Positions 1 to 14,469 are shown, counted from the first letter of the stretch. The stretch is 64,000 nt of DNA from Tubulanus polymorphus (GCF_964204645.1 NC_134030.1:17174110-17238109), one strand, 5' to 3'. The notes: generated by a model not told the origin, from the sequence alone. Translations and numbers: made by a program.

Positions 1-974
1 CTGATTTGTACCCTGTATAGGCCGGTTTATATTTCTGTTTGTACTCTTTCATAGAAATTCGACAGATATCAAATAGCATCTTTGATTAAAGACACTGTTG
101 ACCGGTACAAACCAATATATCCATCCATCCGACATACGAGCAATTATTTCATTAATGAGATAATTGCTCGTAGATCCGACAGCTATGTTTTACAACTAGA
201 AGTGCATAAAATCAGATTCCTAATGATATTACATGTATTACTATTAAGAATAAGCTATTAATTATGATTAAATTCAAAAAGAATTGAGAAAATATCTTGC
301 TTTGAATGGCTTTTAATTAAATATTGGAAAGGGCGATTTTGAAGGGGGAATTTTATCTGCGGTGTCACTGCTAATCGAGTAATCAAGAAGCACAAACTCC
401 CTAAGGTGATAAAGTGTTTTAAGCAGATCTTTTCCGATTGTGATCCCAATATATGAATTGCACATGGAACTATTATGTATAAACACCTCTCACAATTTAC
501 GTAATGACAGAGTGGCGTCCTTTTGCACAAGCTATATTACACCATGATGAAAAGCCTTTTTTATAGTTTAGAGTTGGATTTCTCGATGTATAAATGCAAG
601 CAGGGTCAGAAGCTTTATGCTCAATAACATTAGGTTCCTATAAATGTTTGCTATGGATTTCAAAATAAAAGAAAAATCTACGTTTAAATGAGATATTAGT
701 TTCATTACTCGTGATATATTGAGGAATCTCTGCAATAAAATTTGACGATTTCAAAATTATTACAAAATGAGCAAACTTTGTGATATCTGCTAACAGTATA
801 AATTCAAGCGTATATGCAGATTTGCGTGATATGTAATAAATATCGTAGCAAATAATCAAAGTGAGAAAAGTATCTACTGTAGCTAGAGATGATAATGAGT
901 CCCATATCCAGAATATCTGAACCAAAATATCTCCCTCAAAAAACCTTCAACCATTCAAAAAAACATAGGAATAT

Positions 975-1734
975 GGTTGTAGGTAAAAATCTCCGTGGTA
1001 AAAATCCCCTTGGTAAATATCCCCTGTGTAAAAACCCAAAATATTCAAAGTAGGTAAAAATCCCCACTCGGTGATTTTCAAAGACATTTCAAAGCAAAAT
1101 GTTTCTCCAATTCTATTAATTTGCTATGAGACTGAAATATGTTAGAACTGTGCAACGAAATCTTTCTTTGCGATAAATTCTTAAGTAAAACTCTTAGCAC
1201 AAAATAAATTGTTAGAATTGATAAGAATAATTAATTTTTATTTGTAATATCTAAAGATTCGAACAGGTGTATTTTTGAACTGCGGACTCTTGTTAACTGT
1301 GGTATATTTCAGCTGTTCGATGCCAAAAATTATTAGAAATAATGTTCTTTTGATTTGAAATATTTTAGATTCAAGCTAGTGTAATATATTTGAAATGTGC
1401 GATGAACCCTTTCATCAAGCTGTGCGATCACTTTATTTACCAATTTAGTAGTAATGAACAATGTTAATTTTGTAGTATGTTTTAATTCAAATAGTATATA
1501 CTATAGTTTGTATACTCATGATATCATTATGGTGTTTCATAGTAAAATATGAATACATTGGATATACGTATCAATAATATGAATTAATTGACCTTAAGAT
1601 TGTATCTACAATCCATTCAAAAGGAGGGGGATTTCTACCTACACTAAAGAATCGGGGATTTTTACCGAGAGGATTTTAACCTAGGGGATTGTTACCTAGG
1701 GTATTTTTTACCCAGATGATTTTTGCCGCTAACC
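975..1734. mobile_element. MITE-like element with imperfect TIRs and GGTAAAAATCCC-type subterminal repeats (Mutator-like?)
   Basis: Left end ggttgtaggtaaaaatc with several ggtaaaaatcccc copies; right end has the reverse-complement arrays (gggatttttacc, ggattttaacc, ggattgttacc) ending gatttttgccgctaacc. No clear TSD. Confidence 0.55.
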
Positions 1735-4062
1735 ATAGATGTAGTTTGTAATTTTGAATAATGGTCTTGGCAATGCACTAATTATGAACAATTTACTTTG
1801 TTTTGTTGAATTAACTACTTGTCATCAATTCACTATAGAACTATGGTGGATCCTAACAATGAGTCTGGCCTGCTATTCTAAACTCTTTCCGAAAATTATA
1901 TTGCTAAGATATTCCTAGTCTTCATCATTTAGCATGAACTCTAGATGTTGGCCTGGATATATTTCGGATTCATTAAATGGTATCATGGGCGTGGAATGTT
2001 TGGGCGGAGGTATTATGCTCCAGTTTCACGCGTAAAACAAAACAAAAAAAAAATATCCATACATAGGAACTGTTGACAAGTTGTAATAAATCTCTATAGA
2101 TGAAACAATTTTAAAGAAAATGCATTATGTTTGTAGTTTTTATTCAACTACTATTGACTGTGCGCCTCGGGCTCAATCAACACGTCATCTCCATGATTTC
2201 TATCACACATCATCAGCTGCCATTGAAATATTTGATTAGGCAGTCCTATCAAAAGTAGCGTAAATTGATACATGCGAATAATTGATGTTTCCAAAGGGTT
2301 TTTGTTACTGGCTCGTTTACATGGGAATGGTCGAAATTCCCCGTTAGGAATCCCCCGAGAAATCCCATTGAAGAGGTTATGGTTTGCTGCTGTTGGCCTG
2401 TTTTTTCGTTTGTATTGCAAAATTTAGTCCAAACTAACTGGAATCGTTTTAAATTGATTTCTGTGAAAATCTCAATTTTTCCCCACATGTCAACAAGTGC
2501 CTTTCAAATCAGGATAGATTCCGATTGCGAAATAATGATCGTAGCAATTTTTTAGTATTATTTATCTATGGTTTGATACGTCAAGATTTCAGTAAAAAGG
2601 GCAACTTTATCGTTTATGTTAGCGAAGCTTGGTATACAAGCAGGCTGACAATAACAAGCCACTGAATTTTATGGGGTTAGTCTTTGTATAGCTCTTTATC
2701 TATAGAAAGTCAGTGATTAAGCCCTAAGTAAATATTGCTCAATTAAAGAGAATTCATTATGATGAGCAATGTACTAGCGATGACAGGCCTATGAGGCACC
2801 CGTAAATCAAAAATATATTTCGCTGTGCGATGCGAAAATTATTAAAAATAATAAAACTTTTAATTTGAAATCGCTTAAATCAAAGCTAGTGTAATATATT
2901 TGAACTTCCTAGCGATATATTTGTCCTTTGCGATAACTTTTAGTATTAATTTAATATTAATAAAGTATATCAATCTTTGGGTGAACGGAAAAAATGGCCT
3001 AGGGAAAAATTGGGAAAAATTGCCGCTAAATGAATATTAGAATTTGCTCCTTTTGTAATAATTTTGAATTGTCAAATTCAACTGAGCATTGGTGTATGCT
3101 GAATATCACGAACAACAAAACATTTATCCTTAAAAACGTTGATTTTCTTTTTCATCTTTCTTTATTTCAATAATAATCAATCGATTTTTAAGTCTAATTA
3201 ATTACCAGGATAGCGACTTAATGTGTATGTGCCTTTAAGTCAACTAGTTTCCGAACCCAAGGTATGTCAATCAAGACAGATCTTCGTCTAGAAAAAGTAA
3301 GATGCATTCTATCATGGACTGTAAAACGATTGATTCGTTTTAGAGTCCATGATTCTATCCACTAATTTAAATGTAAGGACTATATAAGGCTACATGAGTC
3401 AATACGAAAGCATGTATACCGCAGGTCACTTAATCTTAAGCTTGATTGTGAGAGTTGTTTAAACACAATGGTCACATGAGTAATTATTGGTTGTGCGACA
3501 ATGGGAGAAATCTGCCTTAGACTTCTCATCCCGATATCCGGAGTCCTGGGCTTAGTAACTTATGTTTAGAATAAATTTTATCCGATATTTTTATAACAAT
3601 GCTTTTCTCTCTCTCTCTCTCCGTAAATTCCGGACGTTTTCTGGGTGGTAATGTTCAGTGGCCAGTAGGCTGGATTGTATTTTCTCTTATTTCATAAATC
3701 ACAATGCATATAAACTAAAACTGAACTGAATTGAAACTGAGTTCGGTTAGCAGTATTAACCTCCTAATTAACTTTCGGAATTATATATAAAAGAGTGAAG
3801 AGTGAAACATCAACCCTTATACCGAATACACTTGTATAAATGAGAACATGCACACTAGGACAATGGCTAATTTGTGACCTTAAAATGAAAGAAAGACTCG
3901 AATTTCTTTTATCACACGCGACACGCGAATCTCCTAATTACTCTAATAATGAGAGAAAACTTAAGACGAATTAAATGTATCAGCTTTATAATTGAATGAT
4001 GATTATGTACGCGTAACTTCAATGATTTGTATCGATCGGTAAATGAAATTTCCATTTAAAGA

Positions 4063-5262
4063 ATGTATTTATGCAATGATACGGTTATACTCGCCGAGAC
4101 GCCAGAAGGACTTCAATGTGCCCTTGTTAATATTTCTAATTACTGTCATGTAATGCATATCGGAATTAATTATGAAAAAACGAAAATTGTCGTCTTTAGA
4201 AAAGCTGTCAATGTAAGAAACTTTGTTTGGAAGATTGATGGAAAAGTAATAGAAAGTGTAAACTGTTTTACATACTTAGGTATGGATTTCAATTTCAATG
4301 GAAAACATAATGTAACTATCAACAGTCTGGCGTCTCGGGGAGTATCAGCATACTATAATTTCAGAAAATACCTTCTGCAGTATCCAAAAGTCACACCCAG
4401 GCTAGCCATTAAATTTTTTAACAGCCTCGTGGTACCTGTCTTAACTTATGGCTGCCAAATATGGGGTTTCAAAGAACAAAGAAAACTAGAGAGAATCCCT
4501 CTCAAATTTTATAAATACCTCCTGGGAGTTAAAAACTCAAAACCTGATAACTTTGTATTTAGTGAAATTGGTAAATATCCAATACATATTCAGCAAAGAA
4601 TGCTTATTGTGAAATATTGGCTTAATATACTTAAAACTAAACCCGAGAAACTAACTAAGCTGATGTACAATCAAATGTTAGATGATATCATACGTGATCA
4701 CCGTGTAATTAATTGGGCTTCTTTGGTTAGAGATCTATTGAATGGCCTAGGATATGGTCAATTCTGGTTAGACCAGCAAGTTGACAACGAAAAGTGGTTC
4801 CTGCACTCAATCGAGGTTAGAATGCTTGATCAGTTCAAACAGCAATGGCATACTTTTTTACAAAACTCATCTAAAGCCAAATACTTTCGTGAATTCAAGA
4901 AGGGAGTAATCTATGAATCATATCTAGATTTACCTAAGGAGGTACGCACAAAGATTGCAAGGCTTAGATGTTCTAGTCATGATCTGTTAGTCGAAACTGG
5001 ACGCTGGGCCAGACCTAAGATACCTTATAATAGTCGTATTTGTAAATGTTGTAATCTGAATGAAATCGAGGACGAGTACCATTTTGTTTTAATATGTCCT
5101 GCATACTATGGTTTAAGACTAAGTTATATATCGAGATCTTACTGGACAAATCCGAACATAGAAAAATTCATCCACCTAATTTCCAGCAGTAGTAAATTAT
5201 ATAATCTTTCCACTTTTCTTAGGAAAGCCTTTAATATTCGGCTTCAACTATTAAATGGGTAA
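4063..5262 (+). pseudogene. 5'-truncated non-LTR retrotransposon ORF2: end of RT, thumb and C-terminal CCHC knuckle (RTE/RTEX- or L2-like)
   Basis: Starts at a damaged YADD motif (TAT GCA -AT GAT ACG GTT ATA, 4070-4086). Then INYEKTKIVVF, FTYLG, PVLTYGCQIWG and LLVETGRW...RICKCC...EDEYHFVLICPAY. AATAAA at 5482 and a (TAA)n tail to about 5504. Confidence 0.85.
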
Positions 5263-5961
5263 TCCAACTATGTACAGTGTGACCACATAGATATATGCCA
5301 TGTATGTCATAAATCTATGTGGAAAGGCTTTCAATCACCTTTGGTATATATTATGTATTCAATGTATTTATATACTTGAGTTATTATTTATTCAATGCAT
5401 TTATATACTTGAATTATTTACCCGCCATACATTATCATGTAATTGTGTCATATCATAAAAAAATTTATATTTTTTTGATATAATAAACTAATAATAATAA
5501 TAAATTTATCAAATTACGTCCATTGAAAATGAAATTAGCTAAACTCGAGCCATATAACTATTTAGATTTATCGCAGTTGTCTTGTGAAAATTTATAACCA
5601 ATCTTTATATAGTTCCCTGTAAAATCTAAACTCAATTTCTATATTATACACGTGATTTAATTACGATTTCTCAACTTCGTGTTTATTCTATAATGAGAAG
5701 CGCACTGATTAAATCTGATTTCAACGGATTGTCGAAAAAGTTACAGCAATTTACTGTTAGAGAAAGAAAATACTAAATCTATTAAGTTTTCTAAGTTTTG
5801 TAAGTGCCATACCATCTCATGCTCTAGGATATCGTGTATCGTAACATTTGAAATTCCTAAATCTACCTGGCTTCATTGGGTACTGTTTTTTTAAAAAGAA
5901 AAACAAATAACAACCAACGCACCAATACCTATAATTCTAAAAGTTCAGGTTATAACGTTTA

Positions 5962-6253
5962 GAATATTCCTCCCTAAGTCAATACTTTGAATATAAGACC
6001 AGAAGGTAAAATTCTCTTCGTTGGACTTTTGGAGGAATCGTTTGAATATCGGACCCCTTGGTCGAGTTTCCATCGATTGACATTGGGAGGAATGTTCCTC
6101 CCGAAGTCGATACTAATATCAGAACTGAAGATCAAATTCTCTTCGTTTGACCTTGGGAGGAATATTCCTCCCAAAGTCAATTGTTTGAATATCAGACCCC
6201 TTGGTCAAGTTTCCATCGATTGACTTTGGGAGGAATATTCCTCCCGCAGTCAA
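5962..6253. repeat. Tandem array of ~70-bp units, each with the palindrome GACTTTGGGAGGAATATTCCTCCCAAAGTC and alternating A/B spacers
   Basis: Palindrome copies near 6079-6108, 6149-6180 and 6220-6253, with partial copies at 5962 and ~6023. Spacers alternate between ...aaattctcttcgtt and ...gaccccttggtc(g/a)agtttccatcgat. Confidence 0.8.
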
Positions 6254-6691
6254 TTTTCACAATAGCGGTCCTCTTAATTGGTGATGATCAAATGAACGTG
6301 CGGCTCATATTTCTATTGTGTGCCTATCCGGTGTAACGCGCGACACGCTTACATAATCTTATCTGTAAATGTGAAGACCTCGGGGGGATTATGTTCTCTA
6401 AAGCCCGACATTATCCGACATTCGGGACTGTGAATGAATTGATTTTACGATTGAGTCGACATGTTTCAACAATTTTTAACTGTTCATTTATGAATATTTG
6501 AAGACTTATAAACTAAAAATTACTTAAATTTTTGATACATTTTGAGAAAGTCACAAAACATTTGAGACTGCGTTCTAGGACTTATTAGGAACGCTAAGGA
6601 TGACGTAATTAGTTGTCAATCAAAGTTAACCGCGCCGGACACGACCTACACAAAATGAGAAATCCTCAGCAAAATAGCTTATAAGTACAAT

Positions 6692-7765
6692 CCACTCGGA
6701 TTCCTAGCGCCTGTTGTAATTACCGCAAAGATTTTCGTACAGGATCTTTGGCGACAAAATTACGCGTGGGGTGTACCGATACGCGACGACATTCAAAACG
6801 AATTGAAAGAGGCCACATCGATCAAAACCGACCGTAAATACTTCGAAAGTGGTACCGCCATATCGGACTGTGAGATCCATGGGTTTGGTGACGCGAGTCA
6901 ATCAGCCAACAGTGCAGTCATCTACATACGCGCCGAGAATCGTACTTCCTTTTTTATGTATAAAACTCGTGTTACGCCGGTCAAAGAACTAACGATGCCG
7001 AAATTAGAATTGCTGGCTCCAGTAACAGCAACCGAATTGATTAAATTTGTGGCAGACATGATGAACAACGTTGTCAACGTAGTGAAAACAGTCCTTTGGT
7101 CTGATAGTCAGATTGTGCTATCATGGGTAAACAGCGACAAAGAATTACCCGTATTCGTATCAAATCGAATCTCGAACGTGAAATCGATGGGCATCGACGA
7201 ATGTAGATACTGCCCCAGCAAAAGCAACCCTGCTGACCAACTGTCACGAGGGTTATCTACAAACGACTTGCGTTGTAGGGGGCGTTGTCTAAGTCCACGA
7301 TGAGAACGAACGCGTTAACTGGTCACTTGCCGTGGTAGAAAACTGCTACCAAGTAACAACGGACTAGTACGATCGGCTTGCTTAAAAACAGCAAACGGTC
7401 ATAGCAATAGACGAATAACGAAACTGTATCCGCTAGAAATAAACTGTGGCGATACAGTAAATAGCGAATCAAAATTATTGATAGACAACACATGTACCTC
7501 GACCACAGATCGGTCATCGAGACGAGCAGCCGTTAGAGCTAAGGAAGTCATCGGAAGCTGGACAAAAATTCTGAAAACATAATTGAATTTTATCCCTTAC
7601 CTTATAGTTCACTTTTACATAGTTTAGTTAGGATTACAATTAATTTCGTAAAATTATTCATCAATAACACAATGCAATGCTATCAATATCAATATTTTCT
7701 TTACGAATTTGCATACGCTACGTGTACCGTACTTTTTATTCCCCCCCCCCCCCCCCCCCAATGGA
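6692..7765 (+). mobile_element. Internally deleted BEL/Pao LTR retrotransposon pol fragment (RNase H plus post-integrase C-terminal domain)
   Basis: PLGFLAPVVITAKIFVQDLW; IHGFGDAS; KTRVTPVKELTMPKLEL; WSDSQIVLSW; YCPSKSNPADQLSRG. Jumps at ~7270 to VHDENERVNWSLAVVE/LLPSNNGLVRSA...KLYPLEI. C-run at 7741-7759 followed by a TG start that may be a 3' LTR. Confidence 0.85.
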
Positions 7766-7983
7766 TTGTTAGAATGTGGTTCTACTGTAGCAGTCGTGTC
7801 ACCCTGATATAAGTCACATATTTCATAATCATCCTCGTGAATTCACCCAGCAAACAAAATAAAAAACACTTATCACCAACTCAAAAGTCTATGGTTTATT
7901 GTTCTAAATAAAGTAAAGGCATCTGGTTTCTGCTTAGGAGTATAGGTATACAAGCTTTGCAATTACTCTCATCACTTTTCAAT

Positions 7984-9255
7984 ATGAATTGTTTCACAGC
8001 AGATCAAGTCAGAGTGTTTGTAACCCAAACTGATCAGGAATCTTCGGAATCAGAAATAAGCGACGGTGATGATGATTTTACGCAACATCCAAGTGGTGCA
8101 GATGACAGTACAGCAGAGGTAAGTACCTCATCAGATGACGAACCGCTGCCGCCAGTTCAAGCACAAGCCAGGGTCGCTCGTGGTTGTGGTATTGCACGCG
8201 TTCGCGTAGGCGCTCCTGGGCGTGGTCGACATGATCCCCACCGGTCAGACCTGTGCAGAACAACTGGCTTGACGTATCAGCGCAGGACCAAGGGCCGAAT
8301 GCCATACGGTTCTTGCCGCAGAGGCCACCCTGGCCTACCAATATGGGCGATCTCGATGGGCAAAGTTCCGCGCTAGATTACTTCAAGCTGCTATTTACTG
8401 ATCTTTAAATTATACGCGATATCGTTATGGAAATAAACCGCTACGCAACGGAAAAAATAAATGGAAGCAATCTAAAACCAAGATCTTGTCTACACAAGTG
8501 GGTCCCGACCACAGAAGAATTCCATCATTTTTTAGGAGTCCTTTTGAATATGGGCATAGTCAAATTGCAGACGGAGCAAATGTACTGGTCCACCCGATGG
8601 GCTAATAGCGTGGATTTCTTTTGAGATGCGATGACATCAAGTAGATTTTATTGATGTACCATACAATGCTGCATGTATGCCACGACAACCCCAATGATCC
8701 AGATGCCGGCCATCGTGGACATAAAATTACACCGCTGATCGAGAAGCTCACTGAGCGATATCGAGCTCATTATTCAGCGTTTCGAGAGATATCGATGGAT
8801 GAAAGCATGATCGGTTACAAGGGCCGAATAGCTTTCAAAATGTACTGCCCAAAAAAAACCGACGAAGTGGGGTTTGATCGCGAAAACCTCAGCCTGTCCT
8901 TATTAAGGCTGCTGCTAAACTTTGCTGCGGGCGCGACGACAACGCTGTCATCGAACCCGTATTGTAAAGTGGTGGAAAAAGGTGTTTTTCTGGATGCTGG
9001 AGGGTTGCATTACGAATGCGTTCATTTTGAAAAAGCTGCAGACGGCTGTAGTCGACGAAGATCGGAGCAAAAAATTGTCATTACTGAATTGGAAAGTTCC
9101 ATACACTTCGCCAGCATCGCAAACAGAGGGACTGCATGATCTGCAGTAACCGGGCAGAAGGTGATCGACGCACGACACGTTTCTACTGCGAGACCTGCCG
9201 AGATAAGCCTGCCTCGCATCAGCTCGACTGCTTTGAGCAATATCATACCGTAGCC
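7984..9255 (+). pseudogene. piggyBac-like (PGBD4-type) transposase relic, frameshifted and internally deleted
   Basis: Acidic N-terminus; EINRYA; FLGVLLNMGIVKL; ISMDESMIGYKGRIAFKMYCPKK; KWWKKVFFWMLEGCITNAFIL; C-terminal FYCETC...CFEQYH. The second and third catalytic Asp motifs are missing. Confidence 0.85.
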
Positions 9256-10899
9256 TAGAAGAGCAATCGTATGAACAAATAACATAAAACGTATTGGTAA
9301 AGTTTGTAAATAAAAGCATTTATAATTCTAAATGAAAAAAGTTTTCTCATTTTTTCACCCCCACCCCCACAACCCGGCACCCAGTCGAATTGGTGTGTTC
9401 TTTCAAGAAATATGCTTACAGTAGTAGATTCAGTGCATAATAAATAATTCTGACCCACCAATGAAAAAATTTTATTATTTTGATTGAGTAACACATACAT
9501 TGATATTATAGGAATAGAAAATAGGCATTTGCTTTTAGATTTATACATATTTCTGGCTGAAGCATAATGAATAACCTGACTTTTTATAGCATATGACCTG
9601 AACATGACCCCATATTTTGGGGAACCCACTTGGACCCAGGTGTCAAAAAGTTTTGAAAACCATAAATTTCTAAAAGCTATAACTAAAAGCTTTTAGAAAA
9701 TTATAGGTTATACAGAGGTTTTGCAATTAGAAAAGCACTTTAAAGGATATTAAAAATGATATGTCATATTGTACATATAAGGTTTAACTGCCTTGTTGTT
9801 CCCGATGGATGGAATCCTGTACCGCTGGTGTAAATGCTAGTTCCCCAGCCAGCCTGCCGATACAACAACCAGCTAGTTACAGTCGTCCACAGTTTGAGAG
9901 ATAACCAGCTATTATACCGATTGCGCAGCGATTGCGTTTATACGGGCTAATTTATTCGTATCAATTACAAATTATCTGTTATCCGTATATCACTTAATCC
10001 GTAATAAAAAGCTCAGTCCCTAGTGATACGGATTAACCGAGGTTGACTGTACTTCGATGTCACTACTGTCCCGTTCTTTTGTGAAAACAGTAATGTTCTT
10101 CTGAGATATGGTTTTTTAGTTTCCATATCAAGTGCACATAAGCTGGTCGATGAATATAATTCTCCATACAGAGTAAAACATGTTCAATCAAGTACAGTCA
10201 GTAGATCGTACACAGTTGAATAGAGTTGTCAATAACTGAGTGAGATTGCAATGACACGTCGTAGTTACATAGATTGTAGTAGGAATTTCAGATATTTCGT
10301 ATAAATGTAAAGTCCACTTTTACAATTAAGCTCCGTGTGATGAGTTTTTGTTGTTAGATCATCTCGTTCACAACAATTTAATCCATGATTTGGTTGATGA
10401 ATCTAGATCTAGTAGATGAAAATTGAGCTGGAATTTGCACTTTAACTAGGAGAGATTTTATTCCTGACCTGCTGTCGGCCGTATTGAATTTATAGTATTT
10501 CACCAACCTCAACTTAGCCGCAGTAGGAGAGAGTGTACTACTGTATTTCTCAAACTCTTACTCAGAATTTGAATCGAACTTGTGGCAGTCCTTTATTTAC
10601 TATCAATTATCAAACAGTTCTATATTTCAGATAAGCGTCCTCAACCTGGCACGTCTTTTCGATGATGCAACATTTGTACAGTGTTCTAAATCCAAGGGAT
10701 TATATAAAGATTTTGGAATTTTCCTCCTACTTTGGGCTGGATATTCAGAAATGCCAACCTGGGCTTGAAATTATAGTTTTTAGCAGAAGAGACTTGCTTT
10801 ACCTTATAAGTCACTGCCTTTTCAAGCCTATTGATTTTAGTATGAAGCATTCTTCCTTGTAAAGGTATGTACTTCAAAGGCTACATTGAAATGTGCTAT

Positions 10900-12950
10900 G
10901 TGTCCTTTTGTCTGTTATTCTGAACCAAATTTCAGTCAACACATTATCAGAACACACAAAAATCTTGCTAATTTCATCGTTAATTGCTATATGTGTGGGG
11001 CAACATTCAGGAAATATGAATCTTTTCGGAAAACACTTTTATCGAAAACATAAAAATGGTAGAGACCTATTAAACAGTCAGTCCGATCCTGATGTTGATA
11101 ACCTTTAAGATCAAAATGAACCTGTTCTCTTTGATCATGCTGCTGGTCAAAACGTAGAACAACAACTACCTTTAGACTGTAAGAATACACCTGTAGAGGT
11201 GAATAATATTACATTTGCATCTGCAGAATATATACTGAAACTGCGAGCAGGATACAATATTACCCAAGCAGGAAAAGATGACGTGGTGTCCACCAACCTA
11301 GACCTTGTTTCTCGGATTAAAAACTCATTAATCCCGAAAATGTTTTCCCGAACCCCAGATCTGACAAAGGAACAGAAAGCTAGCCTCTCTGAAAGCTTAT
11401 TGTCAAACAATAATGAATTTAGTAGTAATGTAATGAGGATGGTTTCGTGCATGATGTGACAGATGGTAATTATTTCAAGAGGCATAGGTTGTCCAAATCA
11501 CATCCAGAATCTTTAGTATTTGTGGGTTATGTAGATGACTTTGAAGTGAGTAATATTGGGACTCACGTTAAGAAACATAAAATCACCAATATATATGCAC
11601 AGGTTTGCAACATAAACCCTATGTACAGACCATCCTTGCGCTCAATCATCTTAATTGCTCATGCCAAAACTAAAGATCTGAAGGCTGAGGAAGATGCTTT
11701 AAATCAAATTGTATCAAGGTTATAGATTTTCATTGCCTGGTGATGATTTGTTTCGAAGAGGTGCTGTACTTTTCTCATGTGAACTAACTTGTTATCAACT
11801 GTCCTCACATTTTATTGATGTTGATATATACCTTAACGAAATGAAGCTGACCATCTTATTCAATGTCAAAATTTAAGCAGATGGCAGGGTAAAACTCAAT
11901 ATTCAAAAGAAACTGGAGTAAATAAGCTGAGCGTTCTCAGTCAAATTCCAGATTTTAAACTCACTAGATGTTTAGTGCATGACATTATGCATATACCGTT
12001 TGAAGGGGGGTGTAAGTGGGAGACAAAGCTATCACTAAATAGATGCATAGTAGAAAACATTATCTGATATAACGTATCTTAGTAATTATAGAGGATTTGG
12101 GCTAAAGAGGTGAAAGATCGACCAATAGCTATAGATCGTAAGCAACTTTCTACAATTGATACTAATTTGCTGCGACTGCAAGTGCGATGAAAAATTTGAT
12201 GCTTCATTTACCATTCATTATTGGTTTGAAAATTCCAGTTGGAAACATTTACTGGAAAAATTGGATGAGTTGCTTCTGAAACAGCAATACATGAGATGGA
12301 AATTCTTATATATCAGCATCACGTGAAGTTTTTAGAGCTCTACTCTGATGTATCAATCATTCCATAACTGCACGACATGATATATTTACCTATGCAATTG
12401 GCCGATTCAAATCGTTCAAGCTCAAAAACTTTTGGAATATTCCCAAAACGTTGGCATTTAAACATCAACCTAATGCTTATAATATGCAATTGGGGCCACA
12501 TGGTAGCAGAACAAGATATTTTCTATTTACTGGAGATACTGTTTACCTGGAAATTTAGTTCCATATAGAAATTTCTCATTCAGGGTAAATCCTGCTGATA
12601 GAGGAAAGGATGTGTTGATTAGCCCAGTCGTCTCTGTGAATGGAATGGAACACAGAAGTGGTACCATTTTACTTCATACCATTGATAATGATCTTCCAAC
12701 ATTTGTTGAGGTTCAGATGGTGGCATGTTGTTAGTATGAGAAATATTTGATTGTGCATAAACTTACAACTGGCTGCTATTCATCCCACTTCAATGAATTG
12801 CCTATCTAAAAATGACCAATATCATCACTGCATATCTCTAAATTCCCTCAAATATAAGTGGCCATTGCTATTTGCTATGATTCATGGCACTCGCTATATA
12901 ATTCTTTGCTACTGCGGATAGAGTCAGTCATGGAACACTTATCCATGTTG
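10900..12950 (+). pseudogene. Degraded EnSpm/CACTA (CMC)-like transposase
   Basis: DVTDGNYFKRH; GYVDDFEVSNIGTHVKKHKITNIYAQVCNINPMYRPSLRSIILIA; HDIMH..FEG near 11977-12005; many stops and frameshifts. Confidence 0.65.
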
Positions 12951-14363
12951 TAGAATGGACAAGATGAGGTTAGTTAAGATGGTTCACGAGGGCGTCAACT
13001 ACTTGAATGATGTAAAATGGAAATGTAAGTAATTAATTATCCTTTTGTTTGAGGCTATGTAATGGCAATCACATTTTCGATGAAGAGGTTATTGGAATTC
13101 GAATATCTCAAGAAACTATCCAAGAATACGGGTTTGCAGTTAGAACAACTAGAACTGAAAAAAGGAAAGCTGATGATGCCAATTTGTAAAAGGGAGCATC
13201 TCAAAATTTTGATAGTTACTTCAATTAGAATAACTCGCGGAAGGGGGTGGGGTTAAGGCCTCCTGCAGATTCATCACGACTGCCAAACTATCGATTTATT
13301 TCGGGGCAAGATAACATCGAATTGAATTGCAGTTTCACATATATATATATATTACAAGCAGTAGATTTAACCGTCTCTCTTTTAGATACTGTTGGTATTT
13401 TAGATATATTTGAATTTGTTTATAAATTCTATTAGTGTTTGATAGGTTTTCCACTTGAAATTTCGCTAATTTATTGTTCGATTAAAAGTTGTGGTCGAAA
13501 TACACTCGTAAGAATGTCTTATCTTTGTCCATGGTCTCTCATTAGAAAATCAATAGTTCCAACTTTGGCATGTTTCCAATCAAAGGGGCGGTTAAAACCA
13601 ATTAGACAGTTATTCTAATTGACGGAACTATTGAAATTTTGAGATGCTCCCTTAGATACAGGATGTTTCAAAATATGTTGCAGACGCTTTATGATTGATT
13701 ATTCATCAAATATAATTGTAATCTATATTCATCCGGTGTTTTTTTTTTTGGGGGGGGGGGAATAGGTTAGGTTGGTAGATCTGGGTGTTTGATCGAGGAT
13801 TGAATATATATATATAAGGATTCAATAATAAGCCATGCATGGCTCATGATTAAGGTGTTTTTGAATTCAGGTGAAAATTGAGTCAAACCAAAATGAGAAG
13901 AATTCCATTGAGTATGTTTATTGTTGAAATAACCAGCTTCCCTTAAGTGCTTTAGATTACATACGTAATTCATACCAGTATCACTTTTTTTCTAGGATGT
14001 AATATTGAATATATCGACGTCTATAAACCTTACACCCCTCACCACCTCCCGAATAATCAAAATTATAGACAATGAAAAGATGCCAGTTTTGTTGATATTT
14101 ATGTTATAGTTTAGGGTATAGAAATGTTATATGTATCACTACATTTTAAGAATACAAGTTCATGTTTTAAGCTCTATTATCGGTCATTTTCGAATAAGGC
14201 ACATGGCTCTGTCTTAGTGGTCATTTTGATGATCGTGTTATCATTTTAAGAATCATAACATGTTATCTCGATCTGGGAAAGAATTATAGAAATCAAGCTT
14301 GGGGTTTTTAAATTGTAGCGGATTTGATGAGATGAGGTTTAAGATATACTCCACTTAAATCAG

Positions 14364-14469
14364 GGCCCAGTTTCACAAAAAGGTTTAACTCTTAAATCAT
14401 TTAATTTCTTCATTAATTCAGTTTATCTTAAATCGATTTAGGCCTTAATCCTTTTTGTGAGACTTGGTC
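14364..14469. mobile_element. ~106-bp MITE, Harbinger-like, CAG TSD
   Basis: cag|ggcccagtttcacaaaaagg ... cctttttgtgagacttggtc|cag; the interior is also partly palindromic. Confidence 0.65.

Noticed and set aside
258-3900. Short ORFs of 60-95 aa
   Set aside because: No motifs; consistent with random ORFs in AT-rich, repeat-derived DNA.
5962-6253. CRISPR array
   Set aside because: Spacers repeat (ABAB), there are no cas genes, and the context is eukaryotic.
10061-10065. CACTA terminus for the 10.9-12.9 kb transposase
   Set aside because: No matching inverted end found; a 5-mer is expected by chance.
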